In this document: piece after piece, positions 1 to 20,300 of the stretch | Numbering within the stretch: position 1 is the first letter of the stretch | Layout of the letters: each line of letters starts with the position of its first letter | Assembly: GCA_964035545.1 (NCBI GenBank) | Contig: OZ037767.1 | Location: 29,652,628-29,716,627 of the forward strand | Source: Bugula neritina | Taxonomy: Eukaryota; Animalia; Bryozoa | Direction of reading: 5' to 3' | DNA: 64,000 bases | The notes under the pieces: generated by a model | The model's database searches: none | Told to the model about the DNA's origin: nothing | Seen by the model: the letters and a program-made list of their open reading frames with translations, nothing else | Translations under genes and position numbers: made by a program

Positions 1-7029
<7,029 letters not shown>

Positions 7030-8394
7030 CTTGAAGCACTGTCGCTATGGTAATTGTGCAACAGAGTATCGTGTTTGACGTGAGTATAAGTAAGATACCA
7101 GTAGACAATTGACGAAGCGGATAGTGATTAGTCAACTGGTTATACGCGTCATAAATAGTATCGGTATTGTAGCCTATAATGATATACAAAAGAAAGCAAA
7201 AAAATAAGTAAATAATAAACCGCCCTCTTGTATAAGTTTTGCCAAGTTATCATTAATCGTAATAGTAGTCGTTGTGAGCTAGTGTATAATTTTGGCGGCA
7301 TTGATCCTTCGTAAAATGATCAAAATGCTTTGATTTATTAGCAAGGCGTTGAACTTTCGAACTAGCAGAATAATGCTCTATAAACAGCAAGCAAAATACC
7401 TCATAGGGGAAGATTTTCAAGTTTTTGAAGAAACACAGGGGTTGTAAAGAAAGATTTACAGTCATAAATATTTATGGTTTTGAGAAGTTATGTAAATTTG
7501 TTACTCTAATTAATAGATTCTCTATTTTTGTGATGGTTAGCTTTACCAGCTGCCTTTGTTCACGGACATCCTCCCTTAATGTGGAACTGTCACTGCATCA
7601 AACCTTACTTTATGTGAAACCTTTAGTTTGTGATCTGTTAATCTCTTAATTCTTACTTTTACTTCTTTATAATGTTATGAGCTTGCCACAGGCCTCACTA
7701 AACTATGATAAACAAATGTTAATGCTCTGACCTTGCATTACACAGCATGCATTTAATTAATTAAAGTTGTTGTTGTACAACAAGTATAATAAATGTGAAT
7801 AAGTATAATATTAATAAGTTTCAGTCAGTTGTAATAGTGAGGCCAACACATTCATTATACTATACAAACCAACTAGGAGAAGACAACTTTGCAAAGTTTG
7901 GCTGCATTTAGTCTGAGTATGTATCTTGTAGAAAAAACATCAGTATATCATTCTAGACTATTGCAGCGTTCTGTCAAACAGTAGATAATACATATAGCTA
8001 CACACTACTACTAAAAGAAGGAGCTGCATGTGGGCATGTTATTTCCACAATATAACTCAGGATATTGAAGTCGTGTCTGATAGTGAAAGATGAATAGTAT
8101 ATTTGGAGATTCACTAATTTAAATATATTTGAAGATGCATTTAATCCATATTATCACAGAATGGTATAGCTACAAAAGCAAAGCAAGATTTCTAAAAAAA
8201 TTGTATGACTATAAGTAAAATTTGCTTGCATAGATGACTACGTCATAAATTGGAAGCAAATTGTCTAATAATAAAAATCTTACAAAATTTTAACATTACA
8301 ATGTAAACAAAACTTTATGGTTAAATTTACCTTGCATAATATTTCAATCCAAATAAATAAATATTAAATTATATAAACATTGTCACAGCATGGT

Positions 8395-11300
8395 TTAGTT
8401 AGTTGCATCTAGCTTTTTCACAACCTCGCCGAAGATATCATCCACATTGCCTCTGGCATCGATCTAAAACAGTAAATAACAGGCTATGCATGTTTGAGGA
8501 TAATAAAAAAACTGCTGATATTTTATGAATGTATGTACCAAGTTATATTTTAATAGCACCACTTTTAGTACAATCATATAATTTCCCCATTTAGATAATC
8601 TCTCCAGCATGTATATGCTTTAAGCAATACTGTTTTTATTCATTTATTGTGCATAAATTACTACAGCTTTCTAAGGCATCATAATTTAAAGACATCTAAA
8701 CATAATATAAAATGGTAATTTTTAAATTATGCAATTTTTGCCATTGAACATAAAATGTAAAAATAACTGAAATACCTGAAATGCTAAAAATGCAAAAGAT
8801 TAACAATCAACAAGCTAAAAAAATTTCCAAAGAATGGCATCTACCATTTAGTATTCACTGAAAATCAACCCAATATTTCTCAAATTCACATTTCCACAAA
8901 TTTATTACTAATATTAAAGAAGAGCAGGGGTTTATAATTACTTCTATCATATTTTAAAAGCCTTCAAATTATATTTCCAAAATGGCGGCAAACCAGCTTA
9001 AATGTACAGGGATTGAAATTTTAATCAAACATAAGTTTTTTTTAGTTTTAGATAATAAACTAGATAAAACCCAAATTGCTGTAAAACTTTCTCTTTAATG
9101 TGTTTTCAGCTTACATATGTTTATGTACAGCTGTTCAACTCAAAGAAGTTTGAGTACAAAATGGCTGCCTACCTTGCACAGTAATGACTTGGCTTCATAG
9201 TGCTCCAGCACCTTGTCACAGTGATCGTGAAAGGTCTGCAATCTCTTCTTTATGGTCTCCTCATTGTCATCCACTCTGCCAGAGGTCTTGGCTCTGGAGA
9301 GCAATCTCTCCACCATCACATCATCTGGTACTTCAAAGTACAACACACAGGCAGGGGGGACAATCTAAAACGATGACCAAGTTCTTTGCATTTTTATATC
9401 TACTTGTATTTTATGTAAAGTTGTGTATTTTATTTTCATGTAGTGCGACATTATTTGTGACATAATAGTTGATAAGATGATAGTTAAATTTTCAACAGCT
9501 GCTAACTTTTTACAAGTTACCAGAGTATATAGGATTTGCTTATTATTTGTTACTCTGCACATACTTACCTCTGACTCATGTTACTCTGCACGTACTTACC
9601 TCTGACTCATATTACTCTACACATACTTACCTTTGACTCATATTACTCTACACACACTTACCTCTGACTCATACCACTCTACACATACTCACCTCTGACT
9701 CAAATCTGACACCCTGGTTAAGTTCTCTTGGATATCCATCAATGAGAAAACCTTTAGCATCTTTGTTTTTAATCATTGCTTCTTTGAGTAAAGTCAACAC
9801 CACATCCTGTTCAAAGCAGTGCATACAATAATATATTACACTACACCAAATATCCAGCAGTTCAATATGGAGTCATTGGTTTGCTTGCCATTTGAAGCAC
9901 TGCATTTCTATGAAATGGATGCAGTAATGAAGGAGTTGATAAAAACCTGTGATATAGATGACAAAAGTTGCCAAGGAAGTTATGTTCTCATGACAGTTTC
10001 AACTCTAAACCGAAAGATATTAAAAAAATAAAAGCCTACGCTTTTGTAAATTTTCCTCATTACTAAACTTAAATCTGTCATTCCAACAGTAAAATACGGT
10101 GTATAACTTAAACTGAATGGAAGCTATAGAAATGCTTATTATAAGTGAAACAACAAATTATAACAAATAAAGATATACTTAAATAAAATGAACTCACCAT
10201 GGATACTAAGGCACCGGACTCCATGATAGCATTGAGCTCTTTACCTCTCTCAGACCCAGACTGCACTTCCTCTCTTAGAAGATCTCCGGAGGAAAGGTGA
10301 CAGAAGCCGTACTTCTCTACAATCTTGGCACACTGAGTGCCTTTACCACAACCTGGTCCACCGACAACAAACACCACTTTCTTTCCTTTAAGCTCGGCCA
10401 TCTCTGTAACAGTCAGTGTGATTCCTTATATAAATAGACTGACGTTGTACACCTCACATCTTGGGGGATTACTGTCAGCAGGTATGGTGGTAATATACAA
10501 GAACTTAACTAGCTAATTACATACAATAGTTTCATGTATTATTAGTAATAATGCTGCTACTCAACAAAAACTGTATTTAAGCCTTCAGTAAAACCTGAGT
10601 TCATATTTGATCTTATAGTAGCTATGTTCTAGATTGTACGTTTTGTAACGTACCCACTTTCTTACGGTACATTACAAAAGGATATGCACGTTAAAAGCTT
10701 TTATTGTAAGAGAGAGATGTAGTAGCTAGTTTTAGCGTTTTACCTTTGGCTATAACTACTGCATAGATTAAGGAATCCTGCATTACAGTCAAACAGTATA
10801 GACATAGTAAAGTAATTACAATATATTATTATGGTTTAGCTTTACTCTACACATAATGTAGTAGTTACGGCTGCATGCTTCTAATAGAAGTAACAGCATG
10901 CAGCTATTCACTGCAATAGCCTCATATCACTAGATGTTGTTAATATAATCAAACTTAGTATTTAGTCAAATTGCTACTGCAAAGACTTGGTGTACTTCTG
11001 TATAACATTAGGAAATTTGGTCAAAAGAAGAAAAGCTCTAAGACTGAAATGTACGAGTAACTAAAACATAAAAAAAAAACAAAATCACTAGACTTTTATT
11101 TTAAGTTTTTATAATTTTCAAGATCTTATGCAAGACTGTATTTAATTATTAGCTACTTGCAAGGCATTATTTCTAAGTTGCAGTTGTCTATCGCTGTATT
11201 ATTTACTTGTTTATGATTTTGAGTACCTATAAATTAGTAGCTAATAATGCGTGACTGGTTTTGCTAAGTAACAATGAACAATTAGTAGCAACCTCATTAG

Positions 11301-14300
11301 AATATAATTATAATATCAATTTAATTTGTATCAATTTAACCTAAAAACTAAGCTAAAATATCTAAAACTAAAATCAACTGAAGTAAACTTACTAAATGCT
11401 GCTCCCATTTCCCAACAATGCAGAATAACACAACAATGCAGACAACACAATCAAGTTACTGTAAATTATACATTGTTAACAGTTGATTGTTGAAAACAAG
11501 GTAGAAAGTAGCAGATAATCATTTTTGGAAAAAGAGTGAGTAACTCCAAATGTAGAAATATCATGTGAAGTTTGTTAGTTGCAGTAGTATTTGTAATATT
11601 AATTCAAACTTCCAGTATACAGCCTACAGCAAGAAATTGGGAAAGAATTATAGAATTTCTGAAAGATGTGTTATTTAAACAATATGTTAAGCACCACTCA
11701 AATAAACACATGACTATGGAGTTGTAAGATTTTCTTTTCAATATCAACAGTTTACCTTCTGCAGTCTCTTTTTCAAGATCAGTAGCTTCTTTGCTAGTTT
11801 CCGCTTCCTGTTTGCTAAGTTCCGACACTTCTTTGCTAGCTTCTGTTTCCTGCTTGCTGATTTCGGACACTTCCTTGCTAGCTTCTGTTTCCTGTTTGCT
11901 GATTTCGGACACCTCCCTGCTAGCTTTTGTTTCCTGTTTGCTAAGTTCAGATATTTCCTTGCTAGCTTCTGTTTCCTGCTTGCTGATTTCGGACACTTCC
12001 TTGCTCACGTCTGATTCCTCCTTACCACTTCCTGTGTTGTCGGCTGTCTTGGAAGGACTGACTGCTACTTCTCCAGTTGTGTAAGCAACTTCAGCTGCGA
12101 CTGGCTCTTCCACAACTAACAGACCAATCAGAAATAGTGTTATGTTTACGTGATTAGTAATAGTAGCTAATTAGAACAATAGTAATTGAATAAATCCCAG
12201 GAGTGGATAAACAAGGGAAATATATATTAGAACATTATTAGTTTAGTTTTATTTATGTATATATGATAATTATTGACATCACTTATTAGTTATCATCTCC
12301 ATGAAAGTACACAGTGTTCAAACATGCTACTTTTTGTTGAGCAAAACTTTCAACTGTTGATTGAAGATTTAATTTATGATTCAAGTATTTCACTTATTGA
12401 GTGGGTGATTTCAGTTTTATTAATTTTCTAAAAGTCAGAATTAACTAAAACACCGTAGTTTGCATTTGATTCTAAAAGTATCGTGTGCAAAGCCAACATG
12501 GAAAGCATCATTAATTCGGTGGTTTTACATGATACATTTTTAGTGAATTTAATAACTTGTGAAATTTGATTTTAGTAAAAAAAAATATTCTTTTCTCTTA
12601 CATTTATTGTTTTAATTGATAATAAAACTTTGTGAAACAGTTTTCCCTAAACTTCATGAATTAGCTAGAAAATTTGCAACCCCAAAAGGTCTGTAGTAGT
12701 TATTAATAGACGAATAGCTTTGGCTAGCTGCAAAAACACTAGTGACTAGTTATGTAGTACAAGAAAATCAATAATATTGCTTGTTTGAGATTGGTTGGTT
12801 AGTAATTGTATATTTGCAACCAGTAAATGATGTTACATATTAACCTGCAGGAGTTATCCTGATGGCAGAATCATTATGGCAATTGCCGCCCAATAAGGCA
12901 GCGCTAACAATCTACCACCCACGCCCACACACTTATTGCACTAAAGTTTATCTCACGAGAATGTGATATAGCTAACATGCTTAGTTATTCTTTTATTTCA
13001 CCAGCTTAAGCTTGCAAACACCGATATCTACACAATTGACCTCTAGTCAGCTGACACAATTGACCTCTAGTCAGCTGGCACACTGACCCCTAGTCAGCTG
13101 ACACACTGACCTCTAGTCAGCTGACACAACACAACATAAGTAGCTTAGAGGTAGTTTAGATATCAGCTGATGTATAAACTTCCTCTAAGCAAGTGTTGAT
13201 GAAGATAAAACACTGCAACTGCAAAGTTTGTGAATAACTCAATGCAGAGATTGGGGTTTTGCTTAGTTTGGGTTTACAAGTTTTAGTTTGGTGTTTGAGT
13301 TAAGAAAGTGTTTTGTAGTCAGACAGCTTCTCAGACTAAAAACTGCAGTAAGAACTTGTACTATTTAAAAAAACTGCATTTCTCTACATTCTTTCAAAGT
13401 AGTAGGTACATTATATGTAACTATGCCTTGCAAGTTAATTACAAGCAACATTAAATACACTGACTAATTAACCGATGTAATAATCATTACTAAATAAAAC
13501 AGAATACAATACTCGCTGGTAACAACTACATTCCTTTACTGCAGGTAAATATTAGCTCAAGTTAATGTTACCAACTTACCCTCTGGCTGAATTTCTGGAC
13601 TAGTCTACAACATAACATACATGAGTTACTATGGCAACGGAATATAAATACTAGAGACTTTACATTACTAGTGAAAGTACAACTACCATCATCAGCAGAT
13701 GATGAAGTAACTACTGATGCATGAACCAGCAGAGTCTGTATGCAATGTGTGAATGACAACTTAGATAATAGTTTATACTAACCAGTATTCTATAAGCTGT
13801 GACATACCCTACTATACTGTACTGTACTTAGTGCTGTGCTGTATATTTAGTACTAGTAACAATAGCCTAGTTCCATACAGCATTGTTTACATTCTTTGGT
13901 CTATGTTTAGTTACTAGTGAGTGAGGTTATCAAATACAATAAATAGTATGTCAGTTTTATACACAATACTCTAGTAACATGTAATTCATTGGAATAAATT
14001 ACTATACAATATAGGGTAGTCTTTCACAGTCTACGACAGCTGTCACAATAGGAAGCAAGATGTGTTATTATAAAATGGGCATTGCAACTAGCATTTTAAT
14101 ACAGATGGAGGAAAACTTCTTAATTTCATATCTTTGACAATATTACTTATATTTGCCACTGTTGTATAAATCAACCGTTTTAACATACGAATTGAATTAA
14201 CATAATTTTTCAATTTGTGTACTAATATAATATATATAGTAGCTATGTTTTATAGTCAAGACAACTCCCGGGATCAGTTTACAATAAACATACAGAGTAT

Positions 14301-17300
14301 ATTGAGTTACCTCTACAGGGTCAAGGTTGGGTAACAGCTGACTGATGGTGTTGTACAAGTTAGTCTGAATCTCATCAGTTGTTTTTCCAGATGTATCAAT
14401 CTGCAGAACGTATGTAGAAGTGTGAAATATGCAGAATATTTAAATTCATAGATAGGAGTAAATCAGGAAATGGACTGAAATGTTTGTCAACAGCAACTAT
14501 TGTTTACAAATCAATATGCTCATTAAATATTTGGAATGTTTATAGATTGTGGCAGATGTTACATGACTGCAGTGTTGGTGGTCTAGTATTATATAAACAA
14601 AAGTTGATGCCTCAATTCTTATATTTACTTTACATTTTGAAGCATTTAAATAAGAAATAAAATGGATACGCAGGCCTAAAATCTTTCAACTTGAGTAATT
14701 TAAAAGCTTAAATTAATTTATATTGAAATGCGTTCACAGTCACTACTAGCAGTAGCATACTTCTCACCACTTTCAGCTTGTTATGGCTGTCCAAATGTTT
14801 AGCAACTTCCAATGTCTTTGATGCGTACAGTTCGGCTTTATGACTCGGTGTGATGGGGTTTCCCTCCATCTTGCTATCCAGCATAACTGCCATGTGAAGT
14901 CCACCAATCTAACAACATCCAAGACTAGACATAACAAAGTGGTGCACATCAATGGCTTGTATGAGCGTGAAAAATGCAGCTCTCAATAAAAGTTTTTAAA
15001 ACATTGTTCAGAGACGGACGTTTACATCTAGTACAATCCTACAAGAATAGATGTGCTGTACAAATGGACAAAACAAGAAATTGAAGTACGCGGTTTAAAC
15101 ACTTTATAGAATATCTAGCAAATTGCTGAAAATATGATTGTCTTCATTAATTTGATAAAATTAATTACAATCAAAATAGTTAAATGACAATTTAAATAAA
15201 CAAGCTCTGGTTAGTAAACTGCAGGCCTTTTCACATTACTTGGGAGTTGCTTACTCAACGAAGGGCTATTTTACTGCATCACAGAATTTACTTGTTTATC
15301 TCAAGCAACTGAAAGTAACGCAGCAACACACTTGAATATGCCGAGAAAATAAAAAAACGAAGAAAACTGTTTTAGCCTTCTTTTTTCAATAAACATTTAG
15401 TTGCGCCAAACAAACCTGTTCGTTAAAATCTTCCAGCTGTTCTGAGGTTCGAGGAAATCCTTCAACAATATAAGCGTCTGCAGATTCGTGGAGTTTGACC
15501 TGAGAAAGTAGAGAATCTATAACAAGATCACGAGCGGCTAACTCCCCGTTATTCAAAACTTCAGTGAGTGCAGTTAACTTCTCTTTTGGTAGATCCTGAT
15601 TGGTTAGATTTTGTCTCAATATCGCCCCCATAGACAAGAGCACAGCTTTCGGCATCTTTTTAGCCAGAGTCAGACATTGGGAGCCTCTTCCACTTTCAGG
15701 AGCTCCTGCAAAAATACAGTTTTTAATAAAAAAATTTTTATTAAAATTTCATTTAAACATCTACTAGGTTTAGAGAGATTTTTTTCTAAAAAAAACTAAT
15801 GAAAACATTAGAAAATAAAACAAAGAATTGAATTGCAATATAATGTCACATAAACAAATTGTGAGAAACAAATCTTTAAAAAAGTTGAAGCTGCGACATA
15901 ATATTTATTAAATTATCACTTCAATAAAGACTATAGCACAAAGACCACAACATATCCTTTATTCTGATAAACATGGTTATTTAAAGTTTTTAGTATGACT
16001 ATAACTTATAAGGTCTTACCCATAACAAAAATGATGGGTGCCTCAGGCAGACCAGGTTTTCTCCCAGCATCTGTACTTGGCACTACAGAGATGCTGTCTT
16101 GCGTACTTTGAGTTGCTGATGTTTGTTCAGGTAGGCTGGAAACGTCAGAGTTTAAACTCTCTAAGTAAAGTATATAAACAGCAAGGTGAAAGAAGAAATG
16201 CATAATGAACTTTACGTATGGTGACAATGCTTTGGCTTTTATCAATATTAGAAGTTACCGATAGTTTTTAAAAAGATAATTATATGTAAGATGCATAATA
16301 GTCACTGCAACTGCAATATGAATACATTCAATCTGGAAGCATGATTACTTTTATATTAGTATTACCAAAAGATAGCATAGTGTACTGCAAATGTTAGTAA
16401 TACTTTAAATATTTCATATTGTACTGAACACCATTTAATCGTCTGCAAAGTTTTTTACATAGAGATATCGATTGCCCAATAGTAATAGAATAGCACACTT
16501 TTACCATTGCATCACATGTTGAACAAAACAGCTGTAAAAGTAACCTCAGACAACTAGTAAAACATTTAAACAATACAATAATTGCAGTTGTAACAATTGC
16601 TTCAGCTGACATATAATATTTTGTATAAAATATTGATTGTTGCATTTTACTGTTTGTTCTCTAAATTCAATTATTAATTATTTTTTTACAAAATATATTT
16701 TGGAAGTGAGGTCAATAACTATAATATTATAATTATGTTTGTTCTTTTTCTAAGGCAACTAGCCATCTATGATAAACCCTTAAATAAACTATATGTTAGT
16801 ATAAAAAATTACAAGAGCATATAATTAATAATATAGTTATATATTAAAACAGAATTACTATTGCCACTGAGACTATAAATTGAAAATTTGTTGATTGAAT
16901 AAAAAAACTGTAAATGTATAATCAGCAATTGGTGCAGTGCAAAAGCTCTAAATCATAACGTAAAGCACATCTTTAGAAACAACATTACGGTGAGTAACGA
17001 ATAGTGCAGCAGAACAGAAGAGACAACAGAAATCTCGTGACTGGACACTTTCACGTCAACAAAGATGTGCCTTACGTCCTGACAAACTGGAGTTGCTTTC
17101 CTGAAGAACTCGTTTCAAACGAGGATATGTTTGTATATAATAACCTGGATCTTTGCCAAAGAAACAGACATCTATGATGGTGATGATGTCATCAAATATG
17201 TCCTCTTTGTGTCCTTCCCGGGGAAACTGAAACCAAGTAAACTTTCTTATACCATAGTTTATTAAACTTTCAAGATTTTAGTTTTTCTATATTATGAATA

Positions 17301-20300
17301 TATTACTTTGTGTTGATAACTTTTTTGAGTACAATGAAAATTAATAAAATGCTATATTTACCAAGCATATCAAATCTAGCTGAGTAAATATTGCATATTT
17401 AAAAGCACAGCATACTCAATTCTAAAGCATTATTAGTATCAATACCGTCTGACTATTAGTTGCTTTGATAAACAATTTGATGTAAATGTTTTTCTGGTAA
17501 TTTAAAACTAGCGCACGTTTTACAAATAAGTAATGTAACTCCAAATATTATGTTCGAAAACAGCCTGAAAAGAATTTACTGCTCATGAGATGAAGCTAAA
17601 GTTTTCAAGTGACAGCTTCACTTTTTTGCTGACTCCATGTTGTGATGTCAGCAATGACTGGCAATGCAAATGCTTGCAGGTGGCACTAAACTAAATCTAC
17701 ACACCAGTCCTTATTCACACCATCCAAATGACTGAATCTAGCTAATAGAAGAATGAGAATAAGCCTAGTGTGAATAACTCACATGCATCAGCTTTTTATC
17801 TTTGTCGAGATGATGAATGGCAGGCAAAGTCTCTGACTTGAACAGCTGAAGTCGTCTCTTTATGGCGGCTTCGTGTCCGTCCAGTCGGTTACTCTGCACT
17901 TCCTGTTCCAGAAGCTTCTTGTAGCAGAATTCCTCGTCAAAGTCGAAGAGCAGTACAAGGTCATATCTGCCAAACTACATGAAATAAACAAATCCACTCT
18001 CTGACTGTCATGTGACCCAGAAATTTCTGAAACAGTCAATCAACATACAGTTTGAATAAGGTCAAATGTCGTCTGTGCCCAAATACCGAAAGCTGTCTTC
18101 ATCAAGTTTTTTCTAGCCTATGCCATAAATATTTGATGCAATTTTAAGCATCGGTACAGCCCTATAGCCACTTTATGTTATAACTGAGGAACCGCTTCAA
18201 GAAGCTGCTGGAAGCCAACAGCACTTGTTTCTTTGACCAACACTTAGCAACTCCTAGCAGCACCTGCCAGCAGGTTATATTACATAACATTGCTCAGACT
18301 ACCTGAGCCAATCACAGCAAACTTGATACTTACCATCTTTGTGAACTCCTCAGCCTGGTGTAGAGTCCTGGGATACCCCTGAATGAGGAAGCCTTCAGCA
18401 TTTGTGTTCATATTTATTGCCTCGACCAATGCTGACCTGGCAAAGTCATCAGCTGCCAGCTCACCTACCAAAGTGAATTTATATATTAGCTCCGGCGAGG
18501 GAATCACATAAATGTAGAGATTTTAGTTCTACATTTAACTTACGTCAGGGGTATAAAAGTTTCAATAAATTCTGAAGGCGGAAAAATCAACAATTCAAAG
18601 TAATTTTTTTCTACATGAAATTTTAGATTGAAGACTATACTTTGCTACTAAACATGCATTACGGGCTACAAATCTTATTTAAAAACCAATCTATAATTGC
18701 TAGCAAAGCAAATTCTTCAAATAATGTTATTTATATGCAACAGTATATGGGTAGTTTAGCTTCCCTGCTTGTAGTACACAGCATCTACATTACAGTTCAT
18801 CTCCTTCTCTTACGTAAGACATTGAACTAGTGACAACATGTCTCTAATTATTCTTTCCACAAAGCAAAGTTAATGGGTTTCCTAACTTACAGCAGTACGT
18901 TAAATGAACCAACTGTAAAGAATGCAAATATTAGTGTATCCAGTAGAATTACAATTTCTATGTGGTATTAGAAATATACATAATATTATGCAATATTTAT
19001 TAGCAGCTAATACTAAGAAGATGAGCAAGAAAAAAGGAGCTTACTAAGCCTGTAAAACTTGTAAAATATCTTGCACGTATTGCTTGTAAAACAGCTAGTT
19101 TATACCAATATAAAATTCTTGTCCTTAGTATATTAATTAAACAGTGAGTATTCATACCATTTGCTACAAATCTAAATTAGTTCCAACTTGCAACCTATTT
19201 CACTCAAGACAAGTATTAGAATAAGATGAAAGCTATGTGTGGGAGAGTTAAATCATTTCAAGTAGTAAGAAATTTCAATTTTTATCAACGCTGAAAAAAA
19301 TGAAAATGGGTATAAATTAACTATCTAGTTAAGAGAAAGTAATAAGAATATAAATCTTGTTCAGGCATTAGATTCTGCCATGAAACTCTAGCATTATATT
19401 TAATAAACTTCACCATTATACGACCCACCATTTGTCACCAGTTCTCTCACAGCATCCCACTTTTGTGTTGCATCACTTCCTCCTGAAAGCTTCTGTCTGA
19501 TCAATTCGCCAACGGACAGGTGAACCCACCCGAACTCCTTATAATGGCTGCAGATTCTGCTGCACTGTGTGGATATATCTGATCCCGGTGGGCCTGAGAC
19601 ATGAATATTGTAATTTAAGGCTACGTTTCTCAAACTATTATTAGTAGTTTAGATAACAACATGCAGTGACATTCAAAATGATTTCTAATATCAAAACTCT
19701 TTCTGATTTTACAAAAGCGTCAAATTTAATTTTAAATAAACTTTCTAATCTTAAATGTGATTTCAAGAAATTTAAATGAGCCATTAATTTTAGCCAACAA
19801 TGAAGTAGAATAGTGGATAGTAGATATTTTAATGAGAAATAAGCAGTCAAGTACAACTTTATACTTCAATGCTAAATTAAAAATTAGAAGTTGTTTTACA
19901 TTTCTTCTTCTAATGATAGTATAATAATATAAATGCTATGACAAAAAGCCTGCAGTTGTAGTCCAAGAAGGCAAACTTACCCATTAGCAGGACTATCGGC
20001 ACTTTAGTAGGGATACTTAAAATAGACAGGCTAGACTTGGTTGTCTCCCTTGAATTATTGATGGGCGGTAGTGGACTAGCCTTACTGAGGTCTTTAGTTG
20101 GACTTCTAGCTGCAACTTGAGCCACACAAATTATTATATGGAAGTCATGTTTAAGAACATAATGAATACGCACTATATGCATTAACAGTCGTTGAGTTCC
20201 GGCAAATGATCTCTTGGTAGCAAAATAACCATTCATGCAAAATAAATTTATGATTTTTTTGTATAGAGTAACCTAAAGTTATACCCGAAGGCAGACTGAT

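Noticed and set aside
13740-13780. TATA box plus initiator for an alternative AK first exon
   Set aside because: The downstream donor at 13579 is fully explained by a phase-bridging micro-exon, and TATAAA is common in this AT-rich DNA. An internal promoter is not excluded but is unsupported.
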